Positions 11,526 through 24,900 of a stretch of DNA of 64,000 bases are shown here, piece by piece. A program made the position numbers and the translations under genes. Source of the stretch: Trichinella spiralis (lineage: Eukaryota); contig NW_003526941.1 in the NCBI RefSeq assembly GCF_000181795.1, positions 4,429,218 to 4,493,217 of the forward strand, read 5' to 3'. Below the pieces are notes generated by a model that saw only the letters and a program-made list of their open reading frames with translations, was not told the origin of the DNA and ran no database searches. Position 1 is the first letter of the stretch, and each line of letters starts with the position of its first letter.

Positions 11526-13561
11526 TTATTTAGATGTTTTTCGTTTTCGTACAGTTTGGCAATGTTTCTTCTTTGTCATTGTCTCATCGAGTTCATCTAT
11601 AACGTTATAAAGGAATTAACGTCAACAAGCCATAAGTCTCAATTGAACCAAAGTTACCTTGCTTAACTTTGCTTTCAAGCATTGATAATTTCGTGGCATA
11701 ATCTTGTTTTAACTTTTCAACATACTGTTCGTCAATAGAATAACGCTGTAATCGAGAAAAGTAAGTTGAATAACAATCTATCTTGGAGCAACGATCAACT
11801 TCCTGTAAGAAAAAATTATGAAATGAATAAATTCAAGCAACGACCAAAGTGAAATATTACATCAGTAGTAAATAATGTAATAATTTTTCCTGATTTTCCG
11901 GCACGAGCAGTTCGACCAGCCACATGCGCATACGACTGAAAATTTTTTGGCGGATCATAGCAAATAACAAGTCCAACGGCCGGAAAACTTATTCCACGAG
12001 ATAATAAATGACTGCATATAATAATTTTTATCTAGAATTTCCAAAAAATACCACTGAAATATTCATGCTTGAATAGAAATAAAAAAGAACTAACTTTTCC
12101 ATCAGCGAAAGCGGTCAACGTTCGACGACGTTGTCCGAGGCTGATGTCTTTGGAAATTTCTGCAACGTCATTGAATTTCATTAGCTGCAACAGAACTGCC
12201 AGCCTGTGACTATGTCTTCGAGTTTCGGTAAAGCACAGAATTTGCATACAATCAAACTGTTTCAAAAGAGAACAAACGATCAGCGGTTTGACTTGTAGAT
12301 CGCATTCAACGAAGTACTCTTCCAAATTAGTAGGAAACACAATTTCATTGGTAGGGATATTTTCATTCAAAGTGTACTGTTGAACTGTATCACTATTCTC
12401 TGATTTATACATTACTGGACGGAATAGTTGAATTCGTGACAAAATCTCAGAACTTTGGGCCAATGTTGCGGAAAGAAGAATCTTCTGAAGTGGCACATAG
12501 TGAGGATGAAGATAATCCTTAAGGCGAATACGGGAATTCAGTGGAATTCTTTTCACGTGGTAATCACAACGACTGCTGATCATCCGAGTTGTCGCTGGAA
12601 AATGTTTATCACTTGTGAGATTGTAAAATTCAAAATTTCTGTCCAATGCCATAGCATCACAACATGTTGTTGAATCATCATTGCTACAATAAACAGTCTC
12701 TTCTATACTCTGAAATGAAAAAATAATTCATCATATAAGCTGTTTTCCAATTTTATACGTTTCTATAACCACTTGCTTTTAAAAGAAGCGCATAGTAATC
12801 ATCTCGTAGTAAAAAATCTGCCTCGTCGAAAACCAAAAATCGAAGATACTGCAAGTTAAAAGAAGATCTATGCGGCCCAAATAAATGCTCCAACAATCGA
12901 CCAGGTGTAGAAATTAAAACATCGCAAGTTGCACATAAGCCTCCAGGAGTTGTTTCGTAAATTTTATTATAATCTCTTTTCAGACTTTTCTCGCCAGATA
13001 TCGATACCACTCTGCAAAATCAAAACTCTCAGTTTTAGTGTTTTTGGCTTCTGTAGTCAGCTTGCTTCTCCAAATTATAAAAAATCATATCAATCCCCTA
13101 AATACTTACTTCAGTTTTGCATACTTTGCAAACTGGGAAAAAACTTGATAAACCTGATCGACCAATTCAGCAGTTGGTACAATAACCAAAGCACGAATTC
13201 TAGGCATTGGTCGATCACGCAAAGCATAAATTATAGGCAAGACATAACACAGAGTCTTTCCACTTCCAGTTGGTGAAGAAATACAAATATCTGGTGGAGG
13301 TTCGACACTCCATGTACAATTTATAAAAAATGGCAGTACAGCTCCCTGAATTGGAAACAAAGTCTTTATACTGTTTTCAAGCAGTGCATCTTTTAAAAAT
13401 TGGGGAATTTCTTCATTTATCTTATCTAACGGGATCTGATCGTCCACTATATTTCGTGATACAATTTCTGCAGATCGAATCCATTCCGGAAGTACGGTCG
13501 AAGGATCACCTGGCTGCGCTTTTTGTTGATGCGATTCAAGAAAAGTAAATTCCATTTCCAT
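11526..13561 (-). CDS. DDX51: DEAD-box RNA helicase DDX51/Dbp6-like
   Basis: Q motif LFPIQ, DICISSPTGSGKTLCYVLPI, RALVIVPTAELV, TPGRL, LRFLVFDEAD, LQKILLSATL, KPLIV, LCFT, YDPPK and HVAGRTARAG. The DICxSSPTGSGKT and LQKxLxSATL contexts fit the DDX51 subfamily. Stop TAA at 11528-11526. Confidence 0.88.
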
Positions 13562-14649
13562 TTTCACCTTTTTAAAATAATACTTTTATAAAAAAAGAAT
13601 GTTATTTGAGAACTTTTAACATTATAATTCTCGCAAAACAATATTTATTTTGACTAATGTTTTATATTTTATAATTCATGCGTTTTTGCTTTTTTACAGT
13701 ATGCTAATCAAAATCATGTATAAATATGGTGAATAATGCAGTTGTAACAAAATTTTCTTCAAAAATATCAGTAACTTGCATTAAACATCTATTTTTTATT
13801 TTGAGTGTATGTAATAAGTTAGTTATAGAAAGTTTAATAGTTGAAGTTGTTTTCAAATTAATATGTCTTCTTTTTGTAACGTTTTTTAAAGACCAACAGT
13901 ATAGTTAGTGATAGCTGCATAATGTGCACAATTAGACAATGATCCGTGAAACTTCGGAAGATGGTATTAGATTTAATAGTTTTCTTGTTCATCATTTAAT
14001 AGTAGATGTTCATGCATTTAAAACTGTTTTGAAAAATTATTTCAACAAACGAAGTAAAGCAATAAAACTGTCCTGATTTTCCAGCTTGCCTATCACGCGA
14101 CGCTGGAAAAGATATTTTCAGTGAAGAAGAGAAGATGATATCTCTAAGCGCTGTTATGTAAATTTTAAGTGCAAGTTGATTAAAAAACGACATCATTGAG
14201 CACTAACAAACGGTGTGAAAAGTTGCTGAAATTCTAAACTGTTTTCTTCTTATCGAATTGCGGTGAAACGTGAGATTTAAGTAAAAATGCATGAGCTGTA
14301 AGCCGACCTGTTAAAATGAAAGATATTATAAGAATGCTACAGTTGGTAAAATTTAAAAGTTTAAAAATTCTTTTAAAGTGGGAGAAAAAAAGTAATTATT
14401 TCATCATTCACAAAACTTCTCTAAGTAATAGATTTTAAGTTTATTTAATATATTTTGCTTTTATAAAAATAATTTCATAATTCAGCATATTAGAATTTAT
14501 TTTTTATTTCATTGTGAATTCAAATTTTGAAAATTTCCTATTATGAAGATCCAAAAATAATACAGTATTAACTTGTTAAATTCAAATGTTACTTTTTGAA
14601 ATTTGAATCGCGTACAGTTATTGGTCAGTTTGATTGAGATGATAAAAAT

Positions 14650-17600
14650 TGTTGCAATTTCGTGTTCTGAATTCATTTGAATTGGCATTTTGGCAGAAGT
14701 ACCAGCGCTTTTGACTTGTTATCCTGTTTCACATGCAAATTGTTAAGGTAAGTGTTTATTCACAATTATTGAATTTGTAAAATTATGAATAATTGAAAAA
14801 AAGTTTTTGTTTTTTCGAGTATTTTTTCTTGACTGTCGAATGAGTAGAAAATTATTTTATTGTGAAAAAAATAATTGAAAATCAATTTTTGAAAACGAAT
14901 ACAAGTGTTTTATAATTTTTGAGTTATTTTGAGTTTTTCATTGAAATGAACAGCTTAAAAAGCCGAAGGTGAAAAATAAAAATACTGTTGCCGGCAGGAA
15001 TTGATTTTAAAACGTTGATTCAGATTCTTTTCAAATTTAGCAGCAATTATTTGAAAAGTGTTCAGGGTGAATTAGTTTTTAAAAGTGAAATATAGTAGAA
15101 CAATAAAATCACTGCTTGGGTAATGATGAGAAGAAATTTGAAATTTTTCAAAGTGGAAAATTTTTGGATTAAACGTACGTCTGTGTGTGTGTGTGTGTTC
15201 GCGTGCGTATGAAGACGACCAGTTGTGCACATGCTGAAGAATGTCCGTTTAGTCGAGTCAGAATTTGCGTGCAGAAGCAGTTGATGATGATGATGATGAT
15301 GATGATGTTATTATTATTTTTTGTTTCCCATTTTCTTCACATCACAGCTTGTTGTCTGTGTTGAAAAGTTGCATCGACGTTGGCGTTGGTGTTGCCGGCA
15401 CGTCCGACAACGATTCAACCCAATCAACGTTCAAGCTTGTGCATCTTTTCGTTTCACATCGGTCGTCAGAGGTGCCGTTTGGAAGAAACGAATAGTCGAA
15501 TAGAATCGAATAGCACATGCATAACATATATTTTACCACTCAGATGCGTTTATTTCTTTCAACGCTTTTGCTTTCAATTTTATTCATCAGCTATTAGCTG
15601 CAATTTTCTCTTACTACTACTACTACTACTACTTTTACTTTTACACCGGCTCTTATTTGTTTTCTTGTTTGTGGTTAGCTTTTTTTCTAAACAAACTGAA
15701 AAGCGCAACTGTTCATTATGAATGAAATGACAAATTGCCAATTGTGTATATATTTATTATTTACTAATTATTAGAAACAAAAATAAATTGTCGAAGAACT
15801 ACTATACTGCTGGAATGTTCAATAATAAAATTTAAATAACTTAAGTGCACATGTACAACTAGAAATTTGTTCACTTCAAGCTTGGGATTGTTTTCTTTTT
15901 TTCAAATGCAATTCATATTTTTTTGATCTGTTTCAAGCAAATGCCAAGATTGTGAATCTTTTCATTAGCTCCAGTTCACCTGGCTTGAATACTCTCAGGC
16001 GTCAAGCTCATTTGCTAAATGCCAGTTGTGTTGTGCACTTTAATTCAGACTGCATTTTTCTGACCTTCATATATGTATATATATTTTTTTTTCTTTTAAT
16101 TGCCGCTCTCTGTGCTCAACTCTGATTGGCGTGATAGATCTCGTTTTATGCTTTGATTTGGTTTTCTTTATAGCTTGCTACTTTGTTTCTTCACCTGCGG
16201 CATTTGAAGCTAAGAAAAAGGAACAACTGTTGTCGTGCATCTTCACTTCATCCGATTCTCAGGACTCTGGCAAAAGCAGTAAGCATTATTATTATTTATT
16301 TAAGTATTTTTGAATTGGTTTATTTAAATAAAAAAATATTATTTTTAATCAAAAATTTATTATTAACAATTCAATAAACTGTTGACAACTGGTGAAAAAA
16401 ATTTAATAATTACATTTTTGATGTTTAACTTTTTAATATTAAAAATAATTATCAAGTATTGGTTTTTGTATTTTAAATGTTGAATATTTTGCATTTGATG
16501 TTGCTTTTCTTTTTTTTTTCTTCAATTTTCTGAAGCTAAATTTCTTCATGGCAACTGTTGGTCAAAATTTACTGAGGTTGCATCATTTATTACAAGTACT
16601 TATTTTTAATTTCTTTTTTATTGAGGTTAATTTTTTATATTTATTTTTCATCAGCATTGTTCCTCTTAAACACAAGCTACAAGTTCACACAATAAATAAA
16701 GCTACATGTTTTAAAAGTAAAAATAAAATTTATATTTCACAATTTTACTTTGAATATTTTTATTTGTATGCAAATTATTTTTGTAATATTTTAAAGTAAT
16801 GTTTTTGTTCTTAGTGCAACTTGTTTAAAAAAATTTTATTCTTTTTTGGAGATTATAATTAGTTATATACTTCAGTGGTATTTATACAATTTGTTAATTA
16901 ATATAAGCGTATCTGTGTGCGTGAAACTTTTTCTACGAGCTTAATCGTGAATGTTTTTTCAAGCAGGATAATGAAATGCAATGTTGATGAGAGAAATATT
17001 TTAAAAATATAGGAAATGCTAAAAATGTAGACTATATTCATTTTGAATTATATGTATTTTTTGTGTTCAATTCAGTATAAAGAGTATTGGAGAGGTTTTT
17101 TTTATTTGAAAATAAGCATTCAAATTTAAATATAAACTTGATAAATTTTCAATTTTTTGTTATTGCTATTTTTTAAAAGTTCAGTAATTATGAATTCGTT
17201 TAAAATTGCTTTCTTTGCATTTGAAACGAGAATTTGTAAAATGTTTATTTTATAATGAACACAAATGCTTCAACAAATTTGTTAAATTTTGATTTTTGAA
17301 AAATTAACTTTTAAAATGAAAGCAAGATAAGAATGGAATTTCATACACATGAAAAATAATAGTATAACAATATTTATTGATGAATGCTGTTTTATTTTTA
17401 AACAATTATCTATATGAAAAAATGTCCAAGAATAATTTGTTTTTTTTCTGTTAAATTTGTGCCGCTTTGCGAAAATTATGAAATATTTATATTATTAATT
17501 TTCTCAAAATATAATTTTCTTTAATGAGATAGTAATAAATGTCGAATATTATGCTATGTAAATTTTTACATTATTTACTGTAATTGGACGTTTTCAATTG

Positions 17601-18994
17601 CAGTTTGTTTTAAGAATTTTTTAAATGTTCACTTAAAAATTTTTGTGATATCTTTTAAACAATAAGTATATTTTGAACAGTTGTTGTTATTATGTTTATT
17701 TAAGGGGAATTTCATTATTTTAATTTATTGTTTTGTATTATATTTTAGCATTATAAAATTTTTAAGACAATAAGTTGTTGCTCATAATTAATTAAAAATA
17801 AGAATTTGTTCAATAAATTATATTTAATCAATAATCAAGGGGTGTTCATAGAAAAATAGCTTGATAACTTTTTTTTATTTATTTAAAAGTTTACAAACAA
17901 GTTTTTTCAATTATTGCTTGCTTTGTTGATGCTGGTCGTTTTGGACAAGCTTTCAATTTATTGACATATTGTTGTGAAAGTTTTCCTTTTTTCACATGTT
18001 GTTTTTATTGAATTTGAATATATTTCTTATAAAATAATGAATAATTTAGAAATGAATTATTCAAGAATAGAATGAAAATTAATTTTGTATTTTTGTACTA
18101 TATATATACAGTATATTGCAGGGTGTTATGTTAACAGATGAGCAAGTGATCGACAGAAGGTGGGATTTGATTTGAGATGAGGGAAAAGTTAAAATTGTAT
18201 ATACATTTTCAACTTCATTATTATGGCAAACTTTTCATGGTGTCAAAACAAATTATTGGGACTTTCATTTTTCGGCTAAAATTATTTACACATAAACAAT
18301 ATAGAATTGGTAGATTGGGAAATTTATGAGATTCATTTTCCATGCGAGCATGCAAGATCAGAGGCTCAGCTGCGCGCAATTTGAAACCACCATATAGCAT
18401 CAAGGCAACTTCATCATCATCATCATCATCGTTGTCTTCTTCTTCCTCTTCTTCTTCATCTAGCTCTTTCTTCTTCTGCTTCGTCTGCTCCTATTGAATA
18501 AAATGGCAGACAAGCAAGAATGTTACTTACTCGCTGATTGAACAATTCGTTGATGTGCGTTCACAATGACGCTGCCATTGCATAACTTCTTTCTATATTT
18601 AAATTTCAGTTTCTAGTTAAATTGTTAACTAACTGCTTTGCTTTGACAATTTTCTGCGTTCTGCATGACAAAGTCATGACTTCGAGCGTCGACATCCAAT
18701 GTTTAAATTTTTTCCTATACGGGCAAGGCAATTGGTGCAAAAAATTATTTGTAAAATTTGCATTTTATTTGTTTACTTGTTCTCAATGTTGCTTTTTTTT
18801 TGTTCACTTTCAAATTATTAATCAATTAATTGCTTCCACATGTTTTCCGTATATTTTATAGTTTTGATAATTGGTTGATTAATTCATTTCTTTTATTCAT
18901 TCGGTAATGAATTATTGAATTTACTGTTTTTTATTTGTTTCTATTTTTGAAATTTTATATAATTTTTTTTTGTGTTTAGTAAAATTTTGCAAAA
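14650..18994 (+). other. Probable 5' UTR exons and long 5' introns of twitchin
   Basis: Strong donors AAG|GTAAGT at 14747/14748 and GCA|GTAAGC at 16278/16279, and an acceptor TTTAG at 18979 just before the twitchin ATG. No credible ORFs in this interval. Confidence 0.35.
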
Positions 18995-21900
18995 ATGCCC
19001 GGTGGAAAAGCACCACGGTTTACACAAAAACCGGTGATCAAGCAAACGCCAGAGGGTCACCTGTTGATGGAATGTTTGCTAGATTCGCAGCCTAATCCGA
19101 AAGTGCAATGGTTTCACGGCTCGAAACCAGTTACCGATAATGCTCGCTATACCCTCAATTCCAAGCATCTTGGAAAAGAGCAGCATCTGGTTACTCTTCT
19201 GATTAAAGTAAGTAGGCTTTCATTTGTGACACTAGCAGGCGTGATTTTGTTTTTTGTATCTGCTTCTCCAACATAATGTTTATATTATTGCAAAAATTAT
19301 GAAAGTTTTATCATTTTATTGGAATTGTATGCAAATTTTTAAAATTTCATTTATGCTGGTTTGATTGTTGTTATTGTAGAGATAATCTTCATTTCAGTTG
19401 GTAAAGCTTCTGCTTATACTAGCTTAAGATAGCAACACTGACCCATGCGCTTGTACATTATTATTCAGCACAATTAATTGATCATTATCGAAGCTTTAGT
19501 TGAAACAAATTACAATTCTGAAATAAGAAGTTTTGTAAAAAAATAATAATTTCATCAGATTATACATTTTTTGCTTTGATGAACAGCATGGTGCAGAATT
19601 TCACGTATTATTATTATTATTTTGAAACTGATTAATTACTTTCTTCGTTGCTTTATTAATAATAAATTGCAGTGTTCTACCATTGACTTTATCATTTGTT
19701 TTCTTTGATTATTACATAAAAATTTATTTTGTATAAGCTCTTATTTTGAATGTATCAGGTGAATAGTTCTGAACTTTTCAAACAAACAAACAATTTTTAT
19801 TGACAATTTCTCTGTAATTGAGAATGCTTAATTTTGCACGTGAAAATGATAAATTCAACCATTTTTTACTCCCGTATTGTCTTTTTTTCTTTTCCTACTC
19901 AAAAGGTTATTAGTTTCAAGTTTAAATTTTGCTTGCATCAGCTAAGTGATGGAATTTTATTTATACATACATGTATACACAAATATGTGTGTATATAATA
20001 TATTTATACATTTATTTATTTATATTTTTATGTATGTATGCATATGCGACTTTATGTGACACGTGACGTGGTTGATGGGCGACATTCACGTGTTTACGTA
20101 ATTGAAACATCTAGCAGATCATTAGATGATCAAGGCAAAACGTAAATGCTTGAAGTGATTATACTCAGCCGACGTCCAAATGTCCAAGCAGAATGTTTTG
20201 AAGCAAATAAGATATTTAATGCCGGCAAAAATAAACAATTCTAATTTTATTTACTTTTTCATAATTTCACAACTGTTTCAGAGATAAAGAGAAATCAAAA
20301 AATTGCATTAAATAATTTCATTGATTTAATTTTATCAAAATTTTATTTTTGCAGAAAAAAAGTAATACATTCGTCTTTTATTGTTTCGAAAATTATTTGC
20401 AGGATCCAACAGCTGATGATCGTGGAACGTATAAATGCAATGTTGCAAATGAATTCGGTGATAGCAATGCGAATATTAATCTTAATTTTGCAGGTAAAGT
20501 GAACATTGACATTTATTTTAGTTTAATGGAAAATAATGCATTATTTCAAGGTTTTTTTTCACTAATGAATATTTTGTAATATTATTAATTTAGCGGAAGA
20601 AGAATCCAAAATAAAACCTCCCGTATTTTTAACAAAGCCGAAAATTATACCGAAAAATGATGGAGCCATTATTTTAATGGAATGTCGGGTGAAATCGGCA
20701 GTATTGCCAACTGCCACTTGGATTCACAATGGTGCACCAGTACAAGCTGGAGGCCGAGTGAAAATCACCGCTGTTAAAGAGCCGGATCACACGTATCTGT
20801 TTGAATTGGAATTGCACGTAAGTGGTAGTGAGATTTATTATTTTGATAAATGATAAAATCGGTGAGTATAAATTTCAGGATCTTGTGCCAGAAGACAGTG
20901 GCTTGTACAAATGTACTGTCAAAAATGATGCCGGAGAAACAAATGCCAATTTAACTCTCAATTTTGACATTCCACCTGAACCTGCGGATTTTTCGCCAAC
21001 CATAGCAGAAAAGCCTTCAATAACAACTTCTGCCGATGGAAGTGTTGTCTCTTTGAAATGCGTGGCTAAAGCGAAGCCAAAACCAAAAGTAGACTTTTTT
21101 TGATGAACAATATTTTTTTTTAAAAAAATTTCCTTTGCAACTTTCATCTTGAATTTTGCAGGCCACATGGTCACTGGATGGTGTTCCATTGAAAGAATCT
21201 GCAAAACTTGTACATCACGAAGAAACTGTAGGGCCGAATTTGTATCTTTTTCGACTGGACATAATGGTGACACAATAAAATTATTTTTTTTTCTATTTTG
21301 CTTGATTAAAAAATGAAAAAATTCTAATTTCAGAATCCTACAGAAAAATCTGCCGGCATTTACAAGTGCAGTTTGAAAAACAAACTTGGTGAGACAAGTG
21401 CCAATGTAAATTTGAAAATTGATGCAGGTGAGAAGAAATGATTTTTGAAAATCCAAAAAACAATTAATCAAATTTTATTATTTGTGATTATATATGTATA
21501 AATTTTTTTATTTTCATTTTTTAGAAGAGTTGAAACAGAAATTAGAGAGGAAACCAATTTTTCTGCCGAAAATTGAACCGACTGTCGACGCTGACCGCAT
21601 TTTTATCGAATGCAAATTTCAATCGGACACTTCTCCGAAAGCTATATGGAAGAAGGATAATAAAATACTCAGCCAATCTGAGCAAATTACAAAAAAGCTA
21701 ACCTCCAATGGAAAAGGCCAATACACGGCATCACTTTCAGTGAAGGTACATTTTTTGTTGATTTATTTTTCAAAATCATATACATGTCATAATTTTCAAA
21801 TATTAATGTATCACGAGATTTTTTTAAATAATAATTTTTAATCAGTTTCTTTATGAAAAATTATTTCTTAATTCATATTACTCGAATGGTGCTTGATGTG

Positions 21901-24900
21901 ATGATGCAGTTTATTCCGTTTCAAATGTCTAGAATCCTACAGACCGTGATTCTGGTAAATACGAACTGTTTATTGAAAACAGTGCAGGCAAAACGGAAAC
22001 TTCTTTTCCAATCGTTGTACCTGAGTAAGTTTGTATTTCTTCTTTTGCTTTGTTGCTTATTTATTATAATTTATTCTAATTTTATCTTTATAACAATAGT
22101 AATTTGTGTTTTATTTATTTCATGTTTGAATTATTAACTCTAAATAATGAAGAAATATTTGTACAGTTGAGAATCTGTCATGCTTTAATTTTTAGAATGA
22201 AAAAATTAAAGGCGACATCACCAAGTCCTGTTCCTAAAAAGAAATCGTAATCTTTGTTTTTAAAAAATTTTTTTAAATCATATCTATTGTTAATTATATT
22301 TTTCTTTGTAGATCAGCAAAGCCCCCGATGTTTACAAATGAACTTCATAATGAAGTAAGAAAAACTGTATTTTATAAAATACACAATAATGATATTCAAG
22401 TTGTTTTTATCATTTATTGAATTTTTGATTATATCGATATTATATATAAGAAATTCATTTACAACCAAGTCTGTCAGAAATTACGTAGAGAAAAATTAAA
22501 ATATCACTTATATTATAAATCACCTATTAAACTAAACTATAATCGGTCTTTTTTTGGACTTTTTATAAAGTTTTTCTTTTTTTTATCGAATGGTAAAATA
22601 TTGTTCACTTTTAAAGATAAAATACTTTTTCAGTCTGTTGAAGAAGGGGCTACTGCAATTTTGGCAGTAACGTTGGATTGTGATACATCGACGAAACTTA
22701 TCTGGTCCAGGTAAGAGATTTTTACAAGAATTTTCAACTTTTTTGACGTTCATAATTTCTACCAGAATTTGCATCCTAAAGAAATTCGTGCATGTAGCAT
22801 GATTTTGTGTTCTTATAATTATATGCATAAATTTCACAAAACATTTTAAAAGTATTTGAATAATATTTGAACCGATAAGCATGCATATTTCACGTTTATT
22901 ACTATTGACTATAATGAAAATTTGAATGCAATTTTTATCAGTGCAAATTTTAACATTATCACATATTTATTTGATTTGAAATTTTTAATGATATGTTATA
23001 TGGGAAATTGATTATTTTATTTTATTCGTCATTATTATATTGAGAATTGATTGAATTGAGAGAAAAGCACAACTATCTATCTATATATATATATATATAT
23101 ATACAGAATGAATTAGTGAAGTAGAACAATTTTTAATTTTTAATATTTTATGTCCAATGGATGATTTGAGCAATTTTATCATTTATTATGCCTCTAATGT
23201 AACAGGAAAGATTTGTAGTTTTATTTTTTACATTTTATAAAAAAACTTTTCTCATTTTAGAAATGGATTGCAGATATCAACAGGCGGAAATTTTGAAACA
23301 TTTTTTGACGGTAGTGCAGGCCGATTGACAATAAGAAATGTTAAAAAGCAGTTTGGCGGTACTTATGTTTGTACTGCTGAATCAAGATTTGGAAATGCGA
23401 AATCGTCGTGTCGTTTAACTGTCGAATCGAAAGGCAAGTGTTCATTTTTAATAATTATCATAATTTTATTATACTCGATTAATTAATATGTTTATTTTTA
23501 TTTTGAGAAAGAGGTGGGGGGGGAGAAGCTTTAGTTTTGCGAAAGTTTAAGTGGGTTTTAATAATGTTATGAGATTTAAAATTAAAAAAAATACGTCAAA
23601 TTGTTCCGAAATTTCATTCATCAGAAGAAGTGGCACACTCGATGCATCTGTTGCATTCTCATAATTTAGTTAACTTTTGCAAATGAAAAAATATCCTTAA
23701 TTATTATCCTTAATGAATGATAATAATAATTATAATTACTTAATTTAAAACTTATGAAAATGTGAAAATGCAATTAATTGAAAAAGTATCAAATATTGTT
23801 GTACGATTTCAGCCAATGATTCCATTCCTACGATTGAAATGCAGATGGACGATGATCAAGTATTTAATATATAATTGCTACATTTATTTTAATTTTTTAA
23901 ATTAATTAAATAATTTTTATCTAGTCACAAGCGAAGACTTCGATTGCTACGGATTACAGTGAAGATGAAATGACTGAATCAATTTCAGAACTGCCATCAG
24001 TTTCTATGAAGCCACCTCAAATTTCAAGGCGTCATACAGAAGTATGAAATTCTTTTTTTAATTAAAAAAGAACGAAATGCAATAATTCTTTTTTTTTAAA
24101 TCCCAACTATTTATTATCAATATTTTAGTACAATTAAACAATTCGATATATTAGTTGTAAATATTATACGTACTTATAAATAAGAGGTGACATTGAGGTT
24201 TTCGTTGGTCTTGTAAAGACTTAGTTGTGCTGAGTTATTGATGCAATGTTGTTACGTTGAGTTAATAGACGTCAGTGAAATAGCATCTTTTTACCGCATC
24301 AGCTTTTAAATTGATGGGTTGGCAAAGGATTGTTTTGAAGATTTGCCCAGTAAGTCAAGTGTATAGAAAGTTTTCAAAAATTTGACAAGCATCTGAAAAT
24401 AGAGAAAAGCAACTGCATCATTTGCAGTCGATCAGTTTTCCAGCTTGATGTCATGAGCCGTAAAATATTATGTATTTGTAGGCAGACGCGGAGCTTTTCG
24501 CTCAACCACATGTTGGCAGAGGAGCACGTCGTTCTTCTTTGCGTCCTGGTGAAATTGCTGAAGAAACTTTCAGACGGGTAAGTTAGCAGCAGCAGCACTG
24601 CATTTTATTATTAAGTACTATAATTACGATCGATGTTCATTATGTTATGTGAAAATAAACACTAATAAATAAAAAAAGAAAAATTTTTTCCATTAATAAA
24701 TGTTTTCTTAAGTTGTAATTAATACTTACTGACAGTTTCAAAGACATATATATGCTTGTAAAAATATTTTTAGTAACAATATATTTCTGCTCTTTTTACT
24801 GTTTATGATTTATATTTTTAATTTTTAACTCATCACTACAATTTTCCCGGAAAATTTAGTTTCTATTAAAAGTGATTTGTTTGTATTAATTTGTTCTTTT

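Noticed and set aside
15183..15721. ORFs and simple repeats upstream of twitchin
   Set aside because: Low-complexity (TG)n, (GAT)n and (CTA)n tracts produce the poly-D and poly-L ORFs. There is no splice-consistent gene model.
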